Notes under the pieces: model-generated
Database searches by the model: none
What the model saw: only the letters and a program-made list of their open reading frames with translations
What the model was told of the DNA's origin: nothing
Assembly: GCA_964484285.1 (NCBI GenBank)
Contig: CAZAEO010000006.1
Location: 1 to 39,035 of the forward strand
Length of the DNA stretch: 39,035 nt
Direction of reading: 5' to 3'
Source: an uncultured Coxiellaceae bacterium
GTDB taxonomy: Bacteria; Pseudomonadota; Gammaproteobacteria; DSM-16500
Part shown: piece after piece, positions 8,085-17,167 of the stretch
How positions within the stretch are numbered: the stretch's first letter is position 1
Layout of the letters: every line of letters begins with the position of its first letter
Translations under genes and position numbers: made by a program

Positions 8085-9902
8085 TTCTGATTCTTTTGGT
8101 TTTTCCAAGAAATCTAACAACTGTTCTGTAGAATAAGAAGGAAATAACAAGCTTATTTTTTTATCTTGATTATTAATATGTTGTCTCAACGCATGAATAC
8201 AATCTTGTTTATCAATAGTATTTTTAAAAGCGGATTCCTGTATTTTTTCAAAAATGTTCAGAAAAACAAGTAACTCCATATGAGATATATCTTTTAATGC
8301 ATGATTTGCGTGACTTAATAGCAGCGATCTATATTTTACTATGACGGGATCTTTCTGATTTTCTATATTAACAAGCATTTCTTGCAAAGGGATATTCAAC
8401 AATTCAAGAACCTTATATTTATCGAGCGTTTCCATGACGATTAAACCATAACGATAGGCTTCTTCAAGAGATGGCGGTTGATCACAAGACGAGGGCAAAT
8501 TATACAAATTAGGATCTATTTTCTTTAAAGCACAGGCAATTATTCTACAGTCTTTACAGTAATCAAAGATTTTTATTTCCTTGCTGTATGCAATAAGTGG
8601 CGAAAATGTATTTGTCAGTTTTTTCTGTGTAATATCACATTGCTCTAGGAAATAATTTCTCTCTTCAGAAACCACTCGCAAAATTTGTTTTGAAAATTTA
8701 TCTTTTAAATACAATTCAAAGCCGCTTGTATTTTTTTCTACTTCTACCAGAATAACACTCTTAATGTATTCAGAAACATTCGGTGGCAATATAGCGGGAT
8801 AACCGCTGAAAAGATTAATAAAATAAACACCTATTTCATATAATGCTGCTTTGTTTATGCTTCTTTTCACATTACTCGAAAAAACGTACGCATTTTCTAA
8901 TACTTCTGCGCCGATCATTTCAATTGCATATTTTTGATAAGAAGAAGCATGCAATGGCCCTAACAAAATTTTTTCCGTATTTTCTTGTTTTGCCTGAGTA
9001 TCATTTTTTTTATCAACTTCTTTATCATCCGTCATTAACGGTTTTATTTGCTCTTTTATTAATTTTTCAGGATGATATTTTATTTCTCGGTTTCTCTTCA
9101 AAAATGATCCTACAGTGCAACTGATCTCTTTTGGCAGCAATAGCAATGAAATAGTCGTATTGGTTTCGAATGTACTCAGAAACGCATCCGTTATTTCCTG
9201 GGTAGCATTTTTAGGACAATCATTACGTAGAAGATTCAAAATCTTAAGCGTTGTGTTATTTGCTAAAGTTTTTGCAAATTCTTTGAAACCAGAAACGCCT
9301 ATATTATTTTGATTGATGCAAAATGATTCAAGACCTACGCATGTTTTTAATAAGTTAGCAAGTGCTACAGCACCTTGCGGACCAATATTGCATGCTATTA
9401 AATCTAAATTTTTCAAATGCGTCTTATTTTTTAAAATACCTGCCAATTCTTGAGCGCGTGTATCTCCAAGGTCTACTTCTATAAAGCCTAATCTTTCGAG
9501 CACATTTTCCTGTTTCAATCCTTCTAAAATGGCTATCCAGGCCTCTTGAGAAAGAGGTCCTTTATCTATCGTGAATTGTTTAAGCTGCTTACGCTGCATG
9601 GCTTGTGCAAATGCTTGCCCTGCTGTTTTATCAATAGGGCCATCGCTTAAATAAAGCTCTTCTATGTTTGTATAAGGTAATACCTCTGATAACACTTGCA
9701 TGCCCTGCTCGCCAATATCCCCACTGATTCCCAGCACCTTAAGCATATGTGCATTTTGCAAAGCATGTTTAAAGTCTTCCGCTCCACTTGCCGCGATTGT
9801 TTGATCCTGAGTCTGAAGCTGGATCCGTTCTTCTTTCGAGTCAGTAATTTTTTTAGCAAGATCTCTCAAAGATAAGTTATTATCATTTCTACCAGAAGAC
9901 AT
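8061..9902 (-). CDS. Ribonuclease-inhibitor/NLR-type leucine-rich-repeat protein of ~613 aa, eukaryotic-like, with a C-terminal ~330-aa region of unknown function. The start was set to the ATG preceded by GAGGA; the ORF track begins 2 codons earlier at a TTG.
   Basis: Repeated 28-29-aa units of the L-x-x-L-x-L-x-x-N-x-I-G-x-x-G-x-x-x-L-A type (e.g. LKNLDLIACNIGPQGAVALANLL, LESFCINQNNIGVSGFKEFAKTL). No Walker A/B motif. GC is ~27%, well below the flanking genes at ~47%. Confidence 0.7.
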   Translation of the reverse strand: MSSGRNDNNLSLRDLAKKITDSKEERIQLQTQDQTIAASGAEDFKHALQNAHMLKVLGISGDIGEQGMQVLSEVLPYTNIEELYLSDGPIDKTAGQAFAQAMQRKQLKQFTIDKGPLSQEAWIAILEGLKQENVLERLGFIEVDLGDTRAQELAGILKNKTHLKNLDLIACNIGPQGAVALANLLKTCVGLESFCINQNNIGVSGFKEFAKTLANNTTLKILNLLRNDCPKNATQEITDAFLSTFETNTTISLLLLPKEISCTVGSFLKRNREIKYHPEKLIKEQIKPLMTDDKEVDKKNDTQAKQENTEKILLGPLHASSYQKYAIEMIGAEVLENAYVFSSNVKRSINKAALYEIGVYFINLFSGYPAILPPNVSEYIKSVILVEVEKNTSGFELYLKDKFSKQILRVVSEERNYFLEQCDITQKKLTNTFSPLIAYSKEIKIFDYCKDCRIIACALKKIDPNLYNLPSSCDQPPSLEEAYRYGLIVMETLDKYKVLELLNIPLQEMLVNIENQKDPVIVKYRSLLLSHANHALKDISHMELLVFLNIFEKIQESAFKNTIDKQDCIHALRQHINNQDKKISLLFPSYSTEQLLDFLEKPKESELQFGKAC

Positions 9903-9989
9903 CGGCAAATTCCTCGTGTATTAAAAATTGGTGAATAATTATACCATAAGAAGTATAAGCGAAATTTTTACCAATGATTCAAAGAATTA

Positions 9990-10652
9990 TCATCTTTTCC
10001 TCGCTAGCGTAAGCCCATCTCCTATCGGTAGCATGCTAAGCGTCACGCACTCATCTTTTGATAATGTTGCATTGAGTTTTCGAATGGCTACGGTATCTGG
10101 ATCATTGATAGTAGAATCGGCGACATCACCATCCCATAGCACATTATCAATCGCAATTAAGCCCCCAACGCGCATTAACTGTAGTGTTTTTTCATAATAA
10201 TTCAGGTAATTTGCTTTATCTGCATCAATGAATGCAAAATCAAAGGTATTCGCCTCTCCTTGGGCAAGAAGGGACTGTAATGTATCTAAAGCAGGCGCGA
10301 GGCGTAAGTCAATTTTATGAGCCACACCCGCCATTTCCCAAAAACGCTTGGCAATCTGGGTCCATTCCTTATTAATATCACATGCAATTATCCTTCCCTC
10401 ACTTGGTAAGGCAAGAGCAACTGATAAGGTGCTATAACCCGTAAAAACACCAATTTCCAAGGTTTTTTTAGCCTGAATTAATTCAATCAATAATTGCATA
10501 AATTGGCCTTGTTCAGGCGAAATTTGCATATTACCCATACTCATTTTGTGAGTCTGTTCACGTAATTTTTTTAAGATTTCAGGCTCGCGCAAAGAGTGTT
10601 TCTGGAAATAGTCATAAAGCGCGGGAGTTAAGTTTAACGTTTTAGCAGACAT
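9990..10652 (-). CDS. Class I SAM-dependent O-methyltransferase (caffeoyl-CoA O-methyltransferase-like family)
   Basis: SAM-binding motif LEIGVFTGYS; the DADK and GG(L/V)I(A/V)IDN motifs are characteristic of the CCoAOMT/MdmC family. AGGAAG Shine-Dalgarno. Confidence 0.8.
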   Translation of the reverse strand: MSAKTLNLTPALYDYFQKHSLREPEILKKLREQTHKMSMGNMQISPEQGQFMQLLIELIQAKKTLEIGVFTGYSTLSVALALPSEGRIIACDINKEWTQIAKRFWEMAGVAHKIDLRLAPALDTLQSLLAQGEANTFDFAFIDADKANYLNYYEKTLQLMRVGGLIAIDNVLWDGDVADSTINDPDTVAIRKLNATLSKDECVTLSMLPIGDGLTLARKR

Positions 10653-10720
10653 AGGGTTCTTCCTAACATTTGGTCACTAATGATATAATGCCTTTCTATT
10701 TGCAAGAGGAGTGATCTTAC

Positions 10721-11299
10721 ATGAGTACCGGCATTATTCTTATCATTGTCGCACTTGCCATTCTAGGGTTTATTGTTTTTACTTACAATCAATTAATTGC
10801 TCTAATTGAAGCGATACGTAACAATCAAAAACAAATTGATATCCAGCTTGATCGGCGCTTCAAGGTATTTGAATCATTAATCAATGTAGTCAAAAAATAC
10901 ATGGATTATGAGCAAACAACGTTAAAAGATGTAGTAGCATTACGTAATCAAGCACAACAGGCAAAAGCAGAAGGCAATGAACAAGCACGCATCGCTGCTG
11001 AAAATAAAATTTCAACCATTGCTTCAAACTTAAACCTGGTATTTGAGCAATATCCTGACTTGAAAGCCAATCAAAACTGTATGCAACTGCAAGAAGAAAT
11101 CGTCAGTACTGAAAATAAATTAGCTTATGCCAAGCAATCTTATAATGACAGTATTGAAAATTACAATGCCACGAAAAAAGCATTTTTTACTTCAATGATT
11201 GTTGCCCTATTCAAAAATAAATTGGATTTTGATTTCCTTTACTGGCAATTAAGCGAAGCAAAAATAACAGAACAAGAAAATTATACGGTAAAATTATAA
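10721..11299 (+). CDS. lemA: LemA family membrane protein
   Basis: N-terminal TM helix, then YNQLIALIEAIRNNQKQIDIQLDRR, matching the LemA signature (YN.L.........W..IDVQL.RR). GAGGAG Shine-Dalgarno. Confidence 0.8.
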   Translation: MSTGIILIIVALAILGFIVFTYNQLIALIEAIRNNQKQIDIQLDRRFKVFESLINVVKKYMDYEQTTLKDVVALRNQAQQAKAEGNEQARIAAENKISTIASNLNLVFEQYPDLKANQNCMQLQEEIVSTENKLAYAKQSYNDSIENYNATKKAFFTSMIVALFKNKLDFDFLYWQLSEAKITEQENYTVKL

Positions 11300-11377
11300 A
11301 ACGAGAAGCATGATGTCAGCGAAAGCTAGCATGACAGATAATGCTTATCGCTCTAACTGATTTAATCACAGGTAATT

Positions 11378-12430
11378 ATGTCAGAACTTTCCAAGCAATT
11401 TTCAGAGAGCACTGCGGATTGGCGCAAGACGATACGTCTAAATAATCGTAAAACATTTTTGGTAATGAGTGTATTTGTTTTAATGTATGCAGCGATTGGA
11501 TTATTAGTCGATATGTATATTGCAACAGGATACTTTCCTGACGCCTCATTATCACAAATCTTTTATGCCTTAATCACGCTACATATTTTTCCGCTCGTAA
11601 CATTAGTCATGCTAACAATTGCCGCTATTTCTTTACTAGTCACTTTCAGTTTTCATAATCAATTGATGCTGCTAGGTACCGAGTATCGCGAAATCACTCC
11701 CACCACCGCACAAAATTCCTCTGAACAACAATTGTATAATGTAGTCGAAGAAATGAAAATTGCTGCGAGTTTAAATTATATGCCGCGCGTTTATTTGATT
11801 GAAGCAGATTACATGAATGCGTTTGCGAGCGGTTATAGTGAAAAATCAGCCATGATTGCCATTACTCGAGGATTACTCGGGAAGTTAAATAGAAGCGAAC
11901 TACAAGCCGTAATAGCGCATGAATTAAGCCATATCCGACATATGGATATTAAATTAACTTTAATGGCGTCGGTTCTTGCAAACCTAACTGTCATGGTGCT
12001 CGACATATTTTTTTATAATGTGCTTTTTTCACGACGTCGCTCCGAAAATAATCGCTCAGGGAATGCATTACTATTCATCATTGTAATGCTGCGTTATATC
12101 TTGCCTGTCATTAATATTTTATTATTGTTGTATCTCAGCCGCACACGCGAATATATGGCGGATGCAGGTTCAGTGCAATTAGTCCGAGATAACGAACCAT
12201 TGGGCTCTGCTCTCTTAAAAATTAATCAGGATCATCAAGACAATCAATCTGAATATAGCCGCGCCTATCAACAAACACCACATGAAAATGTGCGGCGTGA
12301 AGCATACATCTTTGACCCAATTCAGGCAGGAATTGAACGTTCAGGCTCACTCACCGATCTTTTTTCTACCCATCCCAATATAAAAGATCGATTAGCTGCT
12401 TTAGGTTTTCGCAATGACACAAAAAAATAA
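11378..12430 (+). CDS. M48-family zinc metallopeptidase (HtpX-like) with N-terminal transmembrane helices
   Basis: HEXXH zinc site in AHELSHIRH, preceded by two hydrophobic helices, and a second membrane segment after the catalytic motif. Adjacent to lemA, a common pairing. Confidence 0.75.
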   Translation: MSELSKQFSESTADWRKTIRLNNRKTFLVMSVFVLMYAAIGLLVDMYIATGYFPDASLSQIFYALITLHIFPLVTLVMLTIAAISLLVTFSFHNQLMLLGTEYREITPTTAQNSSEQQLYNVVEEMKIAASLNYMPRVYLIEADYMNAFASGYSEKSAMIAITRGLLGKLNRSELQAVIAHELSHIRHMDIKLTLMASVLANLTVMVLDIFFYNVLFSRRRSENNRSGNALLFIIVMLRYILPVINILLLLYLSRTREYMADAGSVQLVRDNEPLGSALLKINQDHQDNQSEYSRAYQQTPHENVRREAYIFDPIQAGIERSGSLTDLFSTHPNIKDRLAALGFRNDTKK

Positions 12431-13382
12431 TATTGGGATCCTGCTTAGCAACATCGGCACGCCTGACAACCCAACACCTTCTGCTGTGCGACGTTATCTT
12501 AAAGAATTTTTATCTGATAAGCGAATCGTTGAAATACCACGCGCGATTTGGTGGCCTATTTTACATGGTTTTATTTTGCGGTTTCGTCCAAAAAAATCTG
12601 CGTCGCTCTATCAACAAATTTGGACTGCTCAAGGCTCGCCTTTACTTACGCATTCACGTCAGTTAGCAGAAGCACTCGAAAAAAAACTGAATCTGCCTGT
12701 TGCATTAGGCATGCATTATGGTAATCCCTCCATACAAAGTGCCCTCGAAGCATTACGAAAAAAAAACATCAATAAGCTGTTCATTTTACCTCTCTACCCA
12801 CAGTATTCTGCGACAACAACAGCTACCACTGTTGACAAGACTGCTCATGTATTAAAAAAATGGCGCAATATTCCGGAAATCCACTTGATAAATGATTATG
12901 CTGATAATACAAATTATATAAATTCAATCAGTCAATCTATCTACACAGCATGGACACAACAAGGCCGCGCAGACTATTTATTATTTTCATTTCATGGCAT
13001 TCCCAAACGATACTCTGATGCGGGTGATCCGTATCAGGAGCGTTGCAAAACTACCGTCGAATTAATTGCTAAAGAATTAAATTTGCGGCCAGATGAATAT
13101 TCACTTGCTTTTCAATCACGCCTAGGACGTGCCGCATGGTTACAGCCCTATACTGATCATATGTTAAAGTCTCTTCCTCAAAAAGGCATCAAACATTTAC
13201 AAGTAGTATGCCCGGGATTTGCGGTGGATTGTTTAGAAACATTAGAAGAAATTGCTATGAGAGGTAAAAAACAATTTTTAGAAAATGGTGGCAAAGTATT
13301 TAATTACATTCCTGCGTTAAATAATAGCGATGCACATATAGAAACATTCGCAAACATTATCAAACAAAACATAAAAATTTAG
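12414..13382 (+). CDS. hemH: Ferrochelatase
   Basis: 322 aa. The N-terminal GILLSNIGTPDNPT, plus the FSFHGIP and VVCPGFAVDCLETLEEI motifs, are typical of HemH. Confidence 0.9.
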   Translation: MTQKNNIGILLSNIGTPDNPTPSAVRRYLKEFLSDKRIVEIPRAIWWPILHGFILRFRPKKSASLYQQIWTAQGSPLLTHSRQLAEALEKKLNLPVALGMHYGNPSIQSALEALRKKNINKLFILPLYPQYSATTTATTVDKTAHVLKKWRNIPEIHLINDYADNTNYINSISQSIYTAWTQQGRADYLLFSFHGIPKRYSDAGDPYQERCKTTVELIAKELNLRPDEYSLAFQSRLGRAAWLQPYTDHMLKSLPQKGIKHLQVVCPGFAVDCLETLEEIAMRGKKQFLENGGKVFNYIPALNNSDAHIETFANIIKQNIKI

Positions 13383-13478
13383 CGCTCGTTAATAAATTAT
13401 TTAAAAAATTCTGGCACTGGCATGGCAAAGCGTCCGTATGTTATGATTTTGTCACTTAAGTATTAAGGAAAATCACTG

Positions 13479-14027
13479 GTGCGTTTTCGATTATGGATAA
13501 TCGTTATTAGCCTCCTGTTTCTTGTGCGCTTAACGTATGCTGATGTTCCCCCGCACACGGGTGTATCGCTTTCTATTCCTGTTATTACCAAAGATCCTGA
13601 ATATCTGCATGGATATCGTGCTGCTGCATGGTATCAACCCAAGTCCCTCATGTGGGAACATGCGCGAATTTATTTTGATGCTGCGTTTGGTCGCTGGTGG
13701 GTCACCAATACTAATGCCTATAGCAGCTTAACTATTTATTCTGTATCACCTATTTTTCGTTATTATTTTACTACACATTCGAACTTTTCACCTTTCATAA
13801 ACTTAAGCATTGGTCTTGCTTATTTAACACGCACCCATTTCGATAAATACAACCTTGGCATGCATTTTTCCTTCCAAGATCAAGCAGGAATTGGCGCCAC
13901 ATTGGGCAAAAATCAAAAATTCTCTATCATTCTAAGCGCGCTCCATTATTCGAATGGTTCCCTTTGTAGCAGGAATGCTGGAATTACTGTACCTCTTGTG
14001 ATCACTGCAGAATATGGTTTTGTTTAA
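13479..14027 (+). CDS. pagL: PagL-like outer-membrane lipid A 3-O-deacylase; small beta-barrel, GTG start
   Basis: Signal peptide MRFRLWIIVISLLFLVRLTYA; alternating amphipathic beta-strands; C-terminal HYSNG motif matching the PagL His/Ser active-site signature; terminal aromatic residue. Confidence 0.5.
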   Translation: MRFRLWIIVISLLFLVRLTYADVPPHTGVSLSIPVITKDPEYLHGYRAAAWYQPKSLMWEHARIYFDAAFGRWWVTNTNAYSSLTIYSVSPIFRYYFTTHSNFSPFINLSIGLAYLTRTHFDKYNLGMHFSFQDQAGIGATLGKNQKFSIILSALHYSNGSLCSRNAGITVPLVITAEYGFV

Positions 14028-14085
14028 TTCTGTATCGCGGTAGAATTCAGAAGAAATAGCATTTGACAGATGACAGACTCGAATA

Positions 14086-15996
14086 ATGCGTAGACGTATT
14101 GCCATTAAAGATCACATTCAAGAAGTTCAGCTCATTAGCCGACGCTGCATTATCGTTTTGACTATTATGATAGTGCTAGTTACTATTTTAGTTATCCGTC
14201 TCGCTTATCTACAATTAGCCAACCACGATCTCTTTACAACGCTTTCACAAAAAAATTGGTTAGATCTTGTACCAATTGAGCCTACTCGCGGATTGATTTA
14301 CGATCGTAACGGGATCCTGCTTGCCGAAAATATTCCAGTTTTCAGCTTAGATGTTATTCCATATAAAATTGACAATATGCCAAAAGCATTAGCAGAAGTG
14401 GCAAAAATAATTCCTCTTTCTGATGACAATATTGCCCAATTTCAAAAACAATTAAAACAACACCGGCGTTTTGACGAAGTAACGCTTAAATTACGTCTAG
14501 CTGAAGATGAAGTCGCTCGCTTTGCTGAAAACCAATATTATTTTCCAGGTATGCTGGTTAAAGCACACTTAATCCGTCATTATCCTTTCACCAATAGCCT
14601 TAGCCATGTTTTAGGCTATGTAGGTCGTATCAATATTGATGAATTAAAAGATATTGATACAATCAATTACAGTGCTACTAATTATATTGGCAAGCTCGGG
14701 ATTGAAAAATATTACGAAGATGAATTACACGGCACAGTAGGCTACGAGCAAGTTGAAAATAACGCCAGCGGCGAAGCCTTGCGCGTGTTAAGCCGCATTA
14801 AACCCTTACCAGGTAAAAATTTACATCTAACAATTGATAGCAAATTACAAACCGCCGTAGAAGAAGCACTCAGTGGCCATCGCGGCGCTATCGTTGTGAT
14901 TCAACCTGCAACAGGCCAAATACTCGCTTTAGTGAGTGAACCTACCTATGATCCCAATAAATTTGTTGAGGGCATTAACAACAAGGATTTCCAAGCATTA
15001 CAACACTCTCCGGACAGACCGCTTTATAATCGCGCCCTACGTGGACTTTATCCGCTTGCATCTACCATTAAACCTTTTATTGCGCTAGAAGGTTTAAATT
15101 CCGGAGTTGTTTCACCCGAATATACCCTCTTTGATCCAGGATGGTATCAACTTAACAACAGCAGTCGTATTTTTCATGACTGGCGCAGACATGGACATGG
15201 CGTAGTCAATATTTCTAAAGCCATTATTAGTTCATGCGACGTTTATTTTTTTGATTTAGCACATAAATTAGGAATACAACGCATTAGCCATATCTTAAAA
15301 AATTTTGGCTTCGGTGAGTTAACTGGAATTGATATAGAAGAAGAATTACCTGGTGTCGTGTCTTCTCCCGCTTGGAAAAAACGCGTAAAAGGTCAGCCTT
15401 GGTATGAAGGCGACACCCTGAATTCTGCTATTGGTCAAGGATATATGCAAGCCACTCCTTTGCAACTTGCAACTGGGGTTGCTGTTATCGCTAATCGCGG
15501 GGAACGGTTGGTACCGCATCTCTTATTATCTGAACAACTCCCTGGAAACAATCTTGAATCACCTCCAGTGACAACACTTGATCCTGTTAAATTAAATCCT
15601 GAAGATTGGAATATTGTCATTAAAGCCATGCAAGGAGTGATTACCTCTCCCGCAGGGACAGGGTATCGATTCGGCAAAATTGGCCCTTATACGGTAGCTG
15701 CCAAAACAGGTACAGCACAAAATTATTCGATCAAACATTATAATATTAGCGAAGATTACGAAGATCAAAGCAAATTACCGGAGAAACTGCGGGACAATTC
15801 ACTCTTTATTGCATTTGCTCCAGTTGAAAAACCGCAAATTGCTATCGCCGTCATGGTTGAAAATGACAGTATTGCAGCCAGTGTAGCACGCAAGATTTTA
15901 GACTATTATTTAATTAATCCATCTAAAGTGACAGCATCTCTCACATCCGTTAGTCATATTCACAATCAAGGGAATAACCTGCATGTCATTCGTTAA
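14086..15996 (+). CDS. mrdA: Penicillin-binding protein 2 (elongasome transpeptidase)
   Basis: 636 aa. N-terminal TM anchor, the SxxK-type STIK motif, SCD, and KTGTA motifs. Aligns along its whole length to PBP2 (VPIEPTRGLIYDRNG region). Confidence 0.93.
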   Translation: MRRRIAIKDHIQEVQLISRRCIIVLTIMIVLVTILVIRLAYLQLANHDLFTTLSQKNWLDLVPIEPTRGLIYDRNGILLAENIPVFSLDVIPYKIDNMPKALAEVAKIIPLSDDNIAQFQKQLKQHRRFDEVTLKLRLAEDEVARFAENQYYFPGMLVKAHLIRHYPFTNSLSHVLGYVGRINIDELKDIDTINYSATNYIGKLGIEKYYEDELHGTVGYEQVENNASGEALRVLSRIKPLPGKNLHLTIDSKLQTAVEEALSGHRGAIVVIQPATGQILALVSEPTYDPNKFVEGINNKDFQALQHSPDRPLYNRALRGLYPLASTIKPFIALEGLNSGVVSPEYTLFDPGWYQLNNSSRIFHDWRRHGHGVVNISKAIISSCDVYFFDLAHKLGIQRISHILKNFGFGELTGIDIEEELPGVVSSPAWKKRVKGQPWYEGDTLNSAIGQGYMQATPLQLATGVAVIANRGERLVPHLLLSEQLPGNNLESPPVTTLDPVKLNPEDWNIVIKAMQGVITSPAGTGYRFGKIGPYTVAAKTGTAQNYSIKHYNISEDYEDQSKLPEKLRDNSLFIAFAPVEKPQIAIAVMVENDSIAASVARKILDYYLINPSKVTASLTSVSHIHNQGNNLHVIR

Positions 15997-17125
15997 TTCA
16001 ATAAAACATAAATTAACTGCCCCGGAAAATAGTGTTGGCTATCGCACCTTTTGGCAATACATTCACATTGATATTTTGCTTTTACTAGGTATTTTATTAT
16101 TGCTAGGGGTCGGTTTAGTTATTTTATACAGCGCAAGCAATCAAAAGCTGTATATGGTTGAACAACAGATCATGCGCATTTGCTTGTCTCTGGGTGTCAT
16201 GTTTATGTTTGCGCAAATTCCTCCAACAACGTATCAACGATGGGCGTTTTGGATTTATATTGCAGGAATTTTATTGCTTACTGCAGTATTAGCCGCTGGC
16301 CAGATCGGTAAAGGTGCTGAGCGATGGTTAAATTTGGGAATTATTCGCTTTCAACCTTCTGAAATAATGAAATTAGCCATTCCTATGTTTCTCGCATGGT
16401 ATTATCACAGAATTCATTTACCACTTACCGCGCGCACTATTTTCTTCTCTGTTATTATTATTTTAATTCCCGCTCTTCTCACTGCAAAACAACCCGACTT
16501 GGGAACTGCTATCTTATTGGTTATTGCAGGAGGAAGTGTTTTATTGCTTGCAGGACTCAGTTGGTATCTCATTATTGCTTTTGTGAGCCTGATAGCCTTA
16601 AGCGCACCCTTCATTTGCTACCTTCTGCATGATTATCAACAACAACGCGTACTCACTTTTTTTAATCCAGAACGTGATCCGCTGGGTGCTGGCTATCATA
16701 TTATTCAATCAAAAATTGCTATCGGATCAGGCGGCTTATTTGGCAAAGGCTGGTTAAATGGCACTCAATCGCATCTTCATTTTTTACCTGAGCATTCTAC
16801 TGATTTTATTTTTGCTGTGTGCGGTGAAGAATTTGGATTTGTCGGCAGTATCATTTTATTGATGATTTTTATGGCAATTGTGCTACGAGGACTTTATATC
16901 ACCATCAAAGCACAGGATACTTTCTCACGATTACTTGCTGGCAGCTTAACACTGACATTTTTTGTATCATTTTTTATCAATATGGGCATGGTCACCGGAA
17001 TCTTACCTGTTGTTGGCATACCCTTACCTTTAGTAAGCTATGGGGGTTCTTCTATGGTGACGTTAATGGCGAGTTTCGGTATTCTAATGTCTATCCAAAC
17101 ACATAGAAAATTATTAACAACATAA
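15983..17125 (+). CDS. mrdB: Rod shape-determining protein RodA (SEDS family peptidoglycan glycosyltransferase)
   Basis: 380 aa, ~10 TM helices, SEDS motifs; overlaps the mrdA 3' end by 14 nt. Confidence 0.92.
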   Translation: MSFVNSIKHKLTAPENSVGYRTFWQYIHIDILLLLGILLLLGVGLVILYSASNQKLYMVEQQIMRICLSLGVMFMFAQIPPTTYQRWAFWIYIAGILLLTAVLAAGQIGKGAERWLNLGIIRFQPSEIMKLAIPMFLAWYYHRIHLPLTARTIFFSVIIILIPALLTAKQPDLGTAILLVIAGGSVLLLAGLSWYLIIAFVSLIALSAPFICYLLHDYQQQRVLTFFNPERDPLGAGYHIIQSKIAIGSGGLFGKGWLNGTQSHLHFLPEHSTDFIFAVCGEEFGFVGSIILLMIFMAIVLRGLYITIKAQDTFSRLLAGSLTLTFFVSFFINMGMVTGILPVVGIPLPLVSYGGSSMVTLMASFGILMSIQTHRKLLTT

Positions 17126-17167
17126 AGAATACTCCTAAAGAGAGACCTGTTCAGTAAGGGAAAAAAA

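Noticed and set aside
8061-9902. LRR protein as a bacterial NLR/STAND anti-phage sensor
   Set aside because: There is no Walker A/B (GxxxxGK[ST]) or NACHT/NB-ARC motif anywhere in the 613 aa. It has only LRRs plus an unknown C-terminal domain.
9997-10013. tcgctagcg motif shared with the terminal palindrome at 38970..38986
   Set aside because: It lies inside the O-methyltransferase coding sequence. It is a short match centred on a GCTAGC palindrome and most likely coincidental.
3312-11345. Shared 11-mer ctagcatgaca between the 3312..3341 hairpin and the 11310..11345 hairpin-like sequence, as evidence of a repeat family
   Set aside because: About 180 chance 11-mer coincidences are expected in a 39-kb window. 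The surrounding arms are not otherwise similar.
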